Below the pieces are notes generated by a model, which was not told the DNA's origin, ran no database searches, and saw only the letters and a list, made by a program, of their open reading frames with translations. A stretch of DNA of 64,000 nucleotides from an uncultured Spirochaetota bacterium. GTDB lineage: Bacteria > Spirochaetota > Brevinematia > Brevinematales > JAOACQ01. The stretch is taken from contig CAVYGN010000002.1 of the NCBI GenBank assembly GCA_963768055.1, positions 672,001-736,000 on the forward strand, given 5' to 3'. Shown here one piece after another: positions 40,608 through 49,806 of the stretch. Within the stretch, counting starts at the first letter, position 1. Each line of letters begins with the position of its first letter. The position numbers and the translations under genes are program-made.

Positions 40608-40622
40608 GCAATTATTATGCCA
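40608..40622 (-). promoter_or_regulatory. sigma54 -24/-12 promoter of the RpoS-like gene
   Basis: Minus strand reads TGGCATAATAATTGC, near consensus TGGCAC-N5-TTGC. Confidence 0.75.
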
Positions 40623-40789
40623 TAAAAATAACAGGGGAAGGATGATGTTTTTCCGGTACTTAAAACCTTGCCAGTTCAGGATTATCTACTACTGTCAGCC
40701 GATGTATGTTTATTCATACTCGATTAAAATTTGTATCTTGGTTGGGGCCTATCAATTATGATATATTATTATTAATATAGCTGGAGATT

Positions 40790-41308
40790 TTATTTTTCAA
40801 TGTTCTCCAGCCATTCATTGTCTTCCTTTTCCAGTTCTATTGCGATTTGATATGCTATATCGTCTTTTTTATATTTCTTCGACAGATCGAACACAAGTTT
40901 TTTTAATTTATAAATTTCCACATTGGTCAGAAATTTCCCCATTTTTTGACCTTTTGTAAAAGAGTTAAGCAGATCAAGTACTTTGATATTGGCACAGGCG
41001 TCAAGAATATCGCAATATTCCGCGATCTGTTTATAATAATTGTTTTTTATCATCATTATAAAGACTTTATTAATATTAGAGGAAACGAAAGGCGAGATAT
41101 CTTTTACTTCAGCATGCATATATCCCAGGAGGTAAAGAAATTTGTCAATATCCTCTTTTTTTTTATATTCGCTAATTATCCTGTCGACAAGTTTGATGAA
41201 ACTTTTATTCTCCGTGTTAAAATAATGTTTTAATTCTTTAAAATCCTCCGGGGAGACTTCAAAGATACTTCCGGATAGAAGGTTTAATAATTTTGGAGAT
41301 AATTCCAT
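40790..41308 (-). CDS. hypothetical protein
   Basis: About 172-aa ORF directly after the PAS-PP2C gene; GAGGT SD before ATG at 41308. Confidence 0.6.
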   Translation of the reverse strand: MELSPKLLNLLSGSIFEVSPEDFKELKHYFNTENKSFIKLVDRIISEYKKKEDIDKFLYLLGYMHAEVKDISPFVSSNINKVFIMMIKNNYYKQIAEYCDILDACANIKVLDLLNSFTKGQKMGKFLTNVEIYKLKKLVFDLSKKYKKDDIAYQIAIELEKEDNEWLENIEK

Positions 41309-41316
41309 TTGATACC

Positions 41317-43392
41317 TCAAAATAATTCAGATAAAACCATCGTAATATCGTCAATCCGAATAGGCCTGTCTCTTCCCGCTTCATATCGTTCTTCCTTCCT
41401 CATCTGAATTGTTTTTTCAATCTCCTTCCGCATTTTTTTTATATCGAGTTCCTTATTACTTTTTAAGAAATTTATCAGATTTTCAGCTTCATATGAAAAG
41501 ACATCGAGAATACCGTCGCTATAAACGAAGATTTTATCCCTTGGAAGTACATTCCCTTCTTCTTCTGTATAAACAAAATCAGCTATTATACCGGCTGGAG
41601 GAGAGTTTTTTATTCCAAAAGTTTTTACGTCGGTGTTCTCCCTCAATATTACCGCATGCGGATGTCCCGCCGAGCTGTATTTAATCTTGTTTTCGTATAA
41701 ATCCAGCATAAGTATAAAGACCGTTACAAACCTGCTTCCTTCCATATTTAAATTAATTATTTTTTTATTAAGCATAACAATGAAATCTGAAAGCTTTATA
41801 TTCCCTTCGTATTCAAGGTTAATTTTAAAATCGGTATAAACATCTTTAACAAGGACGGTCAGCATAGATGCCCCTACTCCATGCCCGGACACATCAGCCA
41901 GAAGAGTTATATAATACTTTCTTTTTTTAATATCAACCTCATCTACATAATAAAAATCGCCCCCAACTTCATCCGACGGCATAAATATAGCCTGAAACTT
42001 GATCTTTTTGCTCCTGGGAAGCTGGGCGGGAATAAGATTTAGGTGCATTAATTTTGCCGCCTGTAAATCTTCAATCAGATTTCTATTCATTTCTTCAAGT
42101 TTTTCCCTGGTTTTCATAATGTATGTGTTGTCAATAAAAAAAATGACAACTCCTTCAAATGCTTTAACGCTTTTAATAGGGAAAAATCTTATATTATACC
42201 ATAAATCACCGAATTTAAGATTAAGGAAAGTAAGTTCTGTTTCACTGTTTTTCAACTCGTTGATTTTGCTCTTGAATTTCTCACCGTATTCCCTGGAAAA
42301 TATCTGGTTTATTTCCATTCCCAGATAAGTTATCCCTGAATCAACAATATTCTTTACCTTTTCGTTTAAAAAAGTGATCCTGTTTTCTTCATTAAGAAGC
42401 AGCATCCCATCACGAGCATTTTCAACAATACTTTTATTGATGACCGCTTGCCGGCGAATGCTTTTTTTCCAGATATCTTCCTTTGTTATATCTTTTACAA
42501 GAATATAATAACCGGTACATACATCTTCAAGGAAGATCCTTTTTATTAATATTTCAGAAACAATTGTCGTTTCATTGTTGTCTTTCATTAAAATTTCGCT
42601 TTTCACCTCTTCGGTTTTTTCCGATATCTCGATAGCTTTGTTAAAAGAGGATTGTGATTCATTTTCAATTAAAACATTAAAATTTTTATTTATTGCCTCA
42701 GCCATTGAAAACCCGAACATTATTTCCGCGCCCTTATTCCAGGTTGTTATATTAAGGTCAACATCTACGGTAATAAAAGCGTAATCCTTAACACTAAGCA
42801 GCATCTGGCTACCAATATCCTGTTCCCTGTTTTTTAAAACATTGATGAGATCATAAATAACTTCATTAAGTTTTTTCGAATTTATTAACAGTGAAATTGC
42901 GGCACGCATATAAGAAAATAAGTTAAAATAACATAAAATAAAAAAAGCGGTTAACTTATTATTACGGATAGTCGGTACCAGAATCGTCATCGGGGGTTTT
43001 CGAAAAATAATCGCATTTATTTTATTTTTAAGGATCTGAAGGGATTTGTAATCGGATTTACTTAAAAAAAATAAATTCACCTCATTTAAAATATCTGTTT
43101 TAATTTTAAAATGCTGTCTTTTGTTTGAAACTGATGATGCCCTTAGAAATAATTTTCCGTTTGAAATTGAAAAAAATAAAGTTAAATCGGATAAAAAAAC
43201 TTTTCTCATCTCATCGCATAAAGCATTAAAAAAATTCTTGGAAAAATCAATCGCTGTTTTTTCAATCCTCAGAAAATTTCTAAACAATCTTTCAATTAAA
43301 AGCTCAAATTTATATGCGTTTTTAATATAATCAACAAAAATTATTACTATTACAAAAAGAAAAAAGATAATTAAATATTGGGAAAAAACCAT
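41317..43392 (-). CDS. PAS-PAS-SpoIIE/PP2C phosphatase with N-terminal TM segment
   Basis: WNKGAEIMFG PAS; GGDFY, ADVSGHG, YSDGI, DDIT; SD GAGGAG before ATG at 43392. Confidence 0.9.
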   Translation of the reverse strand: MVFSQYLIIFFLFVIVIIFVDYIKNAYKFELLIERLFRNFLRIEKTAIDFSKNFFNALCDEMRKVFLSDLTLFFSISNGKLFLRASSVSNKRQHFKIKTDILNEVNLFFLSKSDYKSLQILKNKINAIIFRKPPMTILVPTIRNNKLTAFFILCYFNLFSYMRAAISLLINSKKLNEVIYDLINVLKNREQDIGSQMLLSVKDYAFITVDVDLNITTWNKGAEIMFGFSMAEAINKNFNVLIENESQSSFNKAIEISEKTEEVKSEILMKDNNETTIVSEILIKRIFLEDVCTGYYILVKDITKEDIWKKSIRRQAVINKSIVENARDGMLLLNEENRITFLNEKVKNIVDSGITYLGMEINQIFSREYGEKFKSKINELKNSETELTFLNLKFGDLWYNIRFFPIKSVKAFEGVVIFFIDNTYIMKTREKLEEMNRNLIEDLQAAKLMHLNLIPAQLPRSKKIKFQAIFMPSDEVGGDFYYVDEVDIKKRKYYITLLADVSGHGVGASMLTVLVKDVYTDFKINLEYEGNIKLSDFIVMLNKKIINLNMEGSRFVTVFILMLDLYENKIKYSSAGHPHAVILRENTDVKTFGIKNSPPAGIIADFVYTEEEGNVLPRDKIFVYSDGILDVFSYEAENLINFLKSNKELDIKKMRKEIEKTIQMRKEERYEAGRDRPIRIDDITMVLSELF

Positions 43393-43402
43393 ATCTCCTC
43401 TT

Positions 43403-44449
43403 TCAAACAAATAAAAATGATTTTGGTACAAAATATTTGTAAAATAAATTTATTGCTTCAGTATCAGTCATCAATGCTAAAAAATCAACAAGAGATCTTT
43501 TTTCATCTTCATCAGGATTACAGTTTGCCTGATTTAATTTTTCATATACTATCTCCATATTGTTTGATAAATAATAATAAAGTTCATGCAGTATTTTTTT
43601 TGCCTTATCCATCTCTTGAATAAGCGAAGGATGTTTATATACATTATTAAATAAAAAATCCCTTAAATTTTCAGTGACCTCTAAAATTTCTTTGCTCATA
43701 TAAATATGATTTTTATCTATACTATTTGAAATAACATCTTTTACAAGGGAATTTATCCTTTCAGAATGTTTTTTACCAAGGAATGTTATGGTGTCTCTGG
43801 GTAAATCTTCAATTTTAAGAATTCCTGATTTTACAGCATCATCTACATCATGGTTTACATAAGCGATTGTATCTGAAAATCTAACTACCTCTCCTTCCAA
43901 CGTCATTGGATATTCATCTTTTTTAAGAAAGATTATAGAAGATCTTCCGGTTTTTGAATGTTTTTGAATCCCGTCAAGAACTTCAATAGTCAAATTCAAT
44001 CCATTTCTATTTTTTTCAAGATAATCAAGGACTCTAACACTTTGTTCCGAATGTTTAAAATCCGGATAGGCTTCTTCTCTTATTACCTGTTCTCCCGAAT
44101 GGCCGAAAGGTGTATGACCTACATCATGACCAAGAGCAATAGCCTCAGTAAGGTCTTCATTTAGTTTAAGTGCCCTTGAAATAGTCCTTGCAATCTGGGA
44201 AACCTCAAGAGTATGCGTTAGTCTTGTCCGAAAAGAATCGTTTGAAGGAGATAAAAACACCTGTGTTTTATGCTTTAATCGTCTGAATGACTCTGAATGA
44301 ATTATTCTATCCCTGTCCCTCATGTACTCTGTCCTTATCCAATCAGGTTCCTCTTTTAATTTCCTACCTTTTGATGATATACTTAAAGATGAGAAGGGGG
44401 AAGAATTTTCAGATTCGGTTTTTTCTATTATTTTTCTTATATTTTCCAT
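43403..44449 (-). CDS. dgt: deoxyguanosinetriphosphate triphosphohydrolase (HD-domain dGTPase)
   Basis: RDRDRIIHS.SFRRLKHKTQVF, RTRLTHTLEV, GHDVGHTPFGHSGE. Confidence 0.93.
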   Translation of the reverse strand: MENIRKIIEKTESENSSPFSSLSISSKGRKLKEEPDWIRTEYMRDRDRIIHSESFRRLKHKTQVFLSPSNDSFRTRLTHTLEVSQIARTISRALKLNEDLTEAIALGHDVGHTPFGHSGEQVIREEAYPDFKHSEQSVRVLDYLEKNRNGLNLTIEVLDGIQKHSKTGRSSIIFLKKDEYPMTLEGEVVRFSDTIAYVNHDVDDAVKSGILKIEDLPRDTITFLGKKHSERINSLVKDVISNSIDKNHIYMSKEILEVTENLRDFLFNNVYKHPSLIQEMDKAKKILHELYYYLSNNMEIVYEKLNQANCNPDEDEKRSLVDFLALMTDTEAINLFYKYFVPKSFLFV

Positions 44450-44709
44450 TTAATTACACCTATTTAGTATTATATAATAGTAACTCTTATTTTTAAACTT
44501 ATCAAGCTTTAACTTTCTATCCGACATCAGGTTCCATCTCTTTTTTATTGTACGGAACCTGTTCTTTAACTATGTTATATTTCACACATAGCGAACAATT
44601 TTCAGGATTTTTTAGAGATTTGCGTTTAATCGTTTTTTTAAACACAGCTAATAAACAAATTCTGCATAATTTTGATACAGTCTATGTGCATTGTTTCCGA
44701 AAATATATT

Positions 44710-45192
44710 ATGCATCTCAACATTAAATTTATTTCCCTTGCATCTTTATTTATTTTATTTTTCTTTACTGCAGGACAATGTTTTGATAAGACTTCAACAA
44801 GCAACTCTATTGATACAATTACAAATATATTAATAAAGACAAATCAATCTTGTGTTGTTATTTATTGGGCCGGCGTTTTTGATTATAGCCGGGAAACAAC
44901 AATAGCAATATACAGAACGGAAGAAAAAATTACCAATGCCAATGAAATAGCAAAGGTCCCACCTTATAAAAAAATGACTAACGAGTTTTTTTTTGAGGAT
45001 CCGGATATAAGTTTCGGTGTTCCTTATTATTACCTGATTATTGTTAATGAAAATATGGTTATTTTACCGGGTAAAAATGTAAATTCAGAACCTGTTTTTT
45101 TCGGAGCGACCAATGGTGCAGGCACTGTCGATGTAGAGGTATTATCGAGTACGAATGAAAACTATTCGGATTTTATTAAAAAATTTAAATAA
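44710..45192 (+). CDS. hypothetical exported protein (start uncertain; frame open from 44548)
   Basis: Signal-peptide-like MHLNIKFISLASLFILFFFTAGQC followed by a beta-rich region. Confidence 0.55.
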   Translation: MHLNIKFISLASLFILFFFTAGQCFDKTSTSNSIDTITNILIKTNQSCVVIYWAGVFDYSRETTIAIYRTEEKITNANEIAKVPPYKKMTNEFFFEDPDISFGVPYYYLIIVNENMVILPGKNVNSEPVFFGATNGAGTVDVEVLSSTNENYSDFIKKFK

Positions 45193-45206
45193 TAAGGGGA
45201 ACCCTG

Positions 45207-46286
45207 ATGGAAAGGGGTGAAAAATGGCTGGCTTTCTGGGCTTTTGTTCTGCTTTTTATATTGATAATCGGATTTTCTTTTCTAATGCTTCATGATAAAA
45301 TTCCGGATATAAATTCAATTTCAGCAATTTTCAATTCCGGTAAGTCAGACGAAGCCATGTATAACAAAATCGATGCCGCTTTTGAATTGAAGGAATATAA
45401 TAAAGCGCTTGATATGTCTTCGGATTTTAACGCCCTTTATCCGGATAGCAGGCAACGGGTTAAGGTAATGATAATTGAAGCAAAAGTATTTTATGCATTG
45501 AAGGATTTTGATAAAACCAGGATAATTATTCAAAAAATATTTGCCGATCCGATTATCGATAATAATGATTTCATTCAATCGGCGGATATTCTTGGGGTCC
45601 TTGCAAGGGATGATGGGAAATACGATCCGATAGTTATGAATTATCTTGAAAATGCATATTTAAAATCGGATACAGCGCAAAAGACAGAGATTGCCGGATT
45701 TCTGGGGTATCAGTCTCTTTTCAAAAAGGATTATAATTCAGCTATAAAATATTTTAATAATTCGGCGGGAGAAGAAGGTATTATCGGCAGAGCAAGGGTT
45801 TATATTGAACAGGGCAATTACCCAGTCGCAATCCAGGAATATTTAAATTATTTTAACAGCTATACCGGCGGCGAACGTTATGAAAGGATAAAGACAGCTT
45901 TTATAAAACAATCTTTTTATTATGCGGAATCTTTAAAAAAAAACGGAGAGTATAGAAAATCTATCCAGTATTTTTTTTATGTTGTTAATTATTTTCCTGC
46001 CGATCCTTCTGCAGATGAAGGCTTAATTAAAATTGCAGATATATACGCAATTAACAAGGATTATAAAAATGCGGTTGATTTCCTCGATAAAGCTTTGAAT
46101 AACAATGTAACAAACGGCGATGAGGAAGCTCTATACGACAAAGCTGTTATATATTATCAATGGGGCAAAAAAAACGAATCGATAGGACTATTCAAAGAAC
46201 TTAAGAATAAATACTCCACAGGCATTTTCGGTAAAAAATCGGACGATTGGATCGACCTCATCAAAAAGGACATCGAAGCCAATTAA
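45207..46286 (+). CDS. membrane-anchored tetratricopeptide-repeat protein
   Basis: N-terminal TM; repeated TPR-like helical hairpins. Confidence 0.8.
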   Translation: MERGEKWLAFWAFVLLFILIIGFSFLMLHDKIPDINSISAIFNSGKSDEAMYNKIDAAFELKEYNKALDMSSDFNALYPDSRQRVKVMIIEAKVFYALKDFDKTRIIIQKIFADPIIDNNDFIQSADILGVLARDDGKYDPIVMNYLENAYLKSDTAQKTEIAGFLGYQSLFKKDYNSAIKYFNNSAGEEGIIGRARVYIEQGNYPVAIQEYLNYFNSYTGGERYERIKTAFIKQSFYYAESLKKNGEYRKSIQYFFYVVNYFPADPSADEGLIKIADIYAINKDYKNAVDFLDKALNNNVTNGDEEALYDKAVIYYQWGKKNESIGLFKELKNKYSTGIFGKKSDDWIDLIKKDIEAN

Positions 46287-46307
46287 AACAGGAAAGAACA
46301 AGATATA

Positions 46308-46337
46308 AACCACGATTAACACAGACTAATCGTGGTT
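46308..46337. repeat. perfect 11-bp hairpin after the TPR gene (possible terminator or REP remnant)
   Basis: AACCACGATTA-acacagac-TAATCGTGGTT. Confidence 0.6.
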
Positions 46338-46526
46338 CCAATCTATTTAATTGAGTTTTTAAATTCCTTCGCATATAATTATGGACGCTTCTAACTTTTC
46401 ACCGGACAGGCCGGTTCAAGCGAAGCGGATAGGCGAGCTGATAACAATTAGTATGGTAATTATTGGTTTCAAAAATGATTTTTGAACCGCCCTTAATACA
46501 TCCGATCGTCGCAAAGAGGAGGGATA

Positions 46527-47303
46527 ATGGCCAGGATTATCGCTATAGCAAACCAAAAAGGGGGGGTGGGCAAAACTACAACAGCTGTAAATCTTTCCGC
46601 TTTTTTAGCTATGGAAGGCAAGCGGACTCTTTTGGTTGATATAGATCCTCAGGGCAATTCCTGCAGCGGATTGGGAGTTAATATCAGCGAAAGGGCCGGC
46701 TATGGTATTTATGAGGTTTTACTTGGGAGTAAAAAAATCTCGGAAGTGATTATAGGGACAAATTACCACAATTTAAAAATAGTTCCTGTTACCCTGGACC
46801 TTGCGGGTGCGCAGATTGAACTTAGCAATTTTCAGAGAAAAGAATTTATTCTTAAAGAGGCGCTTACGGAGGTTAAAGGCGATTTTGATTTCATCCTGAT
46901 CGATACTCCCCCATCGCTGGGTTTATTTACTTTAAATGGGCTCATTGCCGCAGAAAGTGTTTTGATACCGATGCAAAGTGAATTTTATGCAATGGAAGGG
47001 CTGGCCCAACTATTGAAGGCAATAAAACTTGTAAAAAGCGGTCCGAATAGGGACCTTTCAGTGGAAGGTGTTTTAATTACAATGTACGATTCCAGAACAA
47101 ACCTTTCAAAACAGGTTACCGAGGAAGTAAAAAATTATTTCAAGGAAAAGGTCTACGATACAATAATCCCGAGAAATATCAGGTTAAGTGAAGCTCCAAG
47201 CCATGGAATTTCTATTTACGAATATGACTCTAAAAGCCAGGGGTCGCAGTCATATATTGAATTCGGAAAAGAATTTTTAAAAAAAGCTGGAAATAATTTA
47301 TGA
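46527..47303 (+). CDS. parA: chromosome partitioning ATPase ParA/Soj
   Basis: NQKGGVGKTT, DIDPQGN, DTPPSLG, IPRNIRLSEAPSHG. Confidence 0.97.
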   Translation: MARIIAIANQKGGVGKTTTAVNLSAFLAMEGKRTLLVDIDPQGNSCSGLGVNISERAGYGIYEVLLGSKKISEVIIGTNYHNLKIVPVTLDLAGAQIELSNFQRKEFILKEALTEVKGDFDFILIDTPPSLGLFTLNGLIAAESVLIPMQSEFYAMEGLAQLLKAIKLVKSGPNRDLSVEGVLITMYDSRTNLSKQVTEEVKNYFKEKVYDTIIPRNIRLSEAPSHGISIYEYDSKSQGSQSYIEFGKEFLKKAGNNL

Positions 47304-48160
47304 AACATGGATTAGGTCGGGGAATGATGGCCCTCATGGACGATCAGGAAGTTACCCGCGGACAGGAAAACCGGACGAATTCGATAGATATAAATATGAT
47401 AATTCCGAACAGGTACCAACCCAGGAAATCATTTAATGAAGAAGCGCTTAAAGAACTTGCAGATTCTATTCACGATAAGGGTGTATTACAACCGGTAATC
47501 GTCACCGAGCTTGGAGACGGGCGTTTTGAATTAGTGGCGGGCGAAAGACGGTGGAGAGCGGCAAAGATAGCTGGGCTGCTTGAAATCCCGGTTATAATAA
47601 AGGATTTTTCAGATGAAGATAAACTTGAGATAGCTTTAATAGAAAATATTCAAAGAGAAGACCTGAACCCCCTTGAAAAAGCGGAGGCATTCAGGGAGAT
47701 CATCGATAGGCTCAATCTAAGCCAGGAAGATTTAGCAAAAAAAATCGGTAAAGATAGAACCTCCGTAACAAACACATTGCGCCTGCTTAAACTGCCGGAA
47801 TTTGTAAGGGAAAGGCTTGTTTCAGGCGAAATATCCGAAGGTCATGCACGTGCTATACTGGCGATTGAAGATATAGATAGTATAATTGAATTAACAAGAT
47901 ATGTAATTGAGAAAGGGTTATCGGTGAGGGAAACGGAAGCAGCGGTAAAGAATATTAATAAAGATGCAGCCCCTGTGAAAGTAAAAAAGGAGCGAAAACA
48001 TTTTCCCGAAATTGAAGCTATTCAAGAAAGGTTTATCAAGGCGATAGGAGCAAAGGTTGAAATCAAGGGGACGATTAACAAAGGGAAAATAGAGATCCAT
48101 TATTTTTCAAAAGAAGACCTTGAAAATATATATGGATATATTTCGGGAAAAGGGGATTAA
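47300..48160 (+). CDS. parB: chromosome partitioning protein ParB/Spo0J
   Basis: GLGRG, QPRK.F, GERRWRA, ENIQREDL, HTH region. Confidence 0.97.
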   Translation: MKHGLGRGMMALMDDQEVTRGQENRTNSIDINMIIPNRYQPRKSFNEEALKELADSIHDKGVLQPVIVTELGDGRFELVAGERRWRAAKIAGLLEIPVIIKDFSDEDKLEIALIENIQREDLNPLEKAEAFREIIDRLNLSQEDLAKKIGKDRTSVTNTLRLLKLPEFVRERLVSGEISEGHARAILAIEDIDSIIELTRYVIEKGLSVRETEAAVKNINKDAAPVKVKKERKHFPEIEAIQERFIKAIGAKVEIKGTINKGKIEIHYFSKEDLENIYGYISGKGD

Positions 48161-48172
48161 ATTCTTATCGGA

Positions 48173-48188
48173 TGTTTCACGTGAAACA
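48173..48188. promoter_or_regulatory. parS: parS centromere site
   Basis: Perfect palindrome TGTTTCACGTGAAACA just after the parB stop. Confidence 0.95.
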
Positions 48189-48198
48189 TTCCGTAGAG

Positions 48199-48379
48199 TT
48201 TACATGGAAACAGAGGCACAGAGAGTTTAGAAAAAACCCTCTTAATTAATTCATTCTATTCATTAAACAAACCATACCAAACTTTAATAAGGGAAAGATG
48301 AAAGCGGTTTAAAAGTCTGTAAGGACACATTAAGATTGTTATCTAAATGAATCTCCGTGACTCTGTGTCTACGTGTAAA
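48199..48379. repeat. MITE-like segment with imperfect terminal inverted repeats
   Basis: Left TTTACATGGAAACAGAGGCACAGAGAG; right end reverse complement TTTACACGTAGACACAGAGTCACGGAGAT. Confidence 0.5.
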
Positions 48380-48441
48380 AAATTCTTATATATCTTTATG
48401 TTGAGTTACAAATTTATATTTTTGAAATAGGATTATATCTT

Positions 48442-49464
48442 ATGAAAAATTTCACATTACCAAAAACCAATCCGTGGATTATATATAATTTACGCGACAG
48501 TTCGTTTGCAAGCGATTTATTTATATGTGCAGTTGGACATCTCGATTTTTTTAACTGGTTGAATAAAAATCCGGGTGATATTAATGCAATAGTTACACAT
48601 TTCAATATTAAACCGCGTCCAGCGGATGTGATCCTGACATTATTTAAATCCTATCAATTTATCCGGGAAAACGAAGGCATTTATAGTGTTACAGATTTAT
48701 CGAAGGAATTTTTATTTTATGGATCATTCTGGGATTTAAGCCTATATGTGGGTTCATTAAAAGACAGGCCGATCTGCTTAAGCATGCTGGATGTGTTGAA
48801 AACTGGCAGGCCGGCAAATTGGGCCGGTAAAAAAGACAGTACCGAGTGGAAATTGTCGATGGAAAATCCTCAATTCGCAGAATCTTTTACTGCAGGGATG
48901 AACAGCCGCGGTACCTATTTAGCGAAAGGGATTGTAAGAAAATTCAATATGTCGAATTATAAAAGGATTCTGGATATAGGCGGGGCATCAGGTATTTATT
49001 CTATTGTTTTTTTGTCGGAATTTAAAAATCTATCAGCCACAGTGCTGGATAAATCACCGGTGGATCAGATAGCTAAAAACTGTATTAAAAATTATAATCT
49101 TGAAAGTAGAATGAACGCGGTCAATGGGAACTTCTTCACAGAAGATATTCCTGAAGGTTATGATCTTCACTTTTTATCTCATACTCTGCACGATTGGGAT
49201 GAAGAACAGGTTAATAATATCTTAAAAAAGTCGTATAAGAGCCTTAAAGCAGGCGGCTCTGTCGTAATTCACGATGCTCATATAAATGAGGATAAAACCG
49301 GCCCTGTCAGTGTCGCTGAATATTCAGCATTATTGATGTTTTCGACAGAAGGGAAATGCTACTCCATTGGAGAAATGAAACAGATGTTAAAGTCAGCCGG
49401 ATTCAGAAATATAAAATATATTCCCACAATGTTAAACAGAAGCATTATAATAGGAAGAAAATAA
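48442..49464 (+). CDS. SAM-dependent O-methyltransferase (Methyltransf_2 type with dimerisation domain)
   Basis: ILDIGGASG, GNFF, LSHTLHDW, LKAGG. Confidence 0.9.
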   Translation: MKNFTLPKTNPWIIYNLRDSSFASDLFICAVGHLDFFNWLNKNPGDINAIVTHFNIKPRPADVILTLFKSYQFIRENEGIYSVTDLSKEFLFYGSFWDLSLYVGSLKDRPICLSMLDVLKTGRPANWAGKKDSTEWKLSMENPQFAESFTAGMNSRGTYLAKGIVRKFNMSNYKRILDIGGASGIYSIVFLSEFKNLSATVLDKSPVDQIAKNCIKNYNLESRMNAVNGNFFTEDIPEGYDLHFLSHTLHDWDEEQVNNILKKSYKSLKAGGSVVIHDAHINEDKTGPVSVAEYSALLMFSTEGKCYSIGEMKQMLKSAGFRNIKYIPTMLNRSIIIGRK

Positions 49465-49466
49465 AA

Positions 49467-49482
49467 TGTTTCACGTGAAACA
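49467..49482. promoter_or_regulatory. parS: parS centromere site (second copy)
   Basis: Perfect palindrome TGTTTCACGTGAAACA. Confidence 0.95.
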
Positions 49483-49535
49483 TTTACTACTTGGGGGGTT
49501 ACACAGAGAAACAGATTCACTTAAGGGGTACCGAA

Positions 49536-49670
49536 GGCGGTTATTAGAAGCGCCCTTAATTTGTAAATTCCCTGCAGATTATCGCGAAAAGTCATTTGTA
49601 TTCTTACTGATTTTTTTGTAAAAGTCCATTATAATATATGATTAGTTTATGGGCCCTTCTAATAACTGCC
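49536..49670. repeat. 20-bp inverted repeat pair (18/20 match) flanking 95 bp
   Basis: GGCGGTTATTAGAAGCGCCC at 49536-49555 and GGGCCCTTCTAATAACTGCC at 49651-49670. Confidence 0.7.
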
Positions 49671-49806
49671 CATTTGGGGCAGCAAGGTAGGGCCCATTGG
49701 GCGGTTTTATTACTGTAAGAACATCTTTTTTTAATAACAATGTTAGTTTTGAGAACCGCACTTATTATTATCAAAGTGATATCAAGCTTTAAACCGGAGT
49801 TAATCG

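Noticed and set aside
44450..44710. oriC in the AT-rich divergent intergenic region near parAB
   Set aside because: No cluster of DnaA boxes and no dnaA/dnaN; only a short CAGGTTCC/GGAACCTG inverted repeat.
49483..49806. Lysine riboswitch upstream of dapL
   Set aside because: No recognisable L-box core; the structure is explained by the dispersed repeat family.
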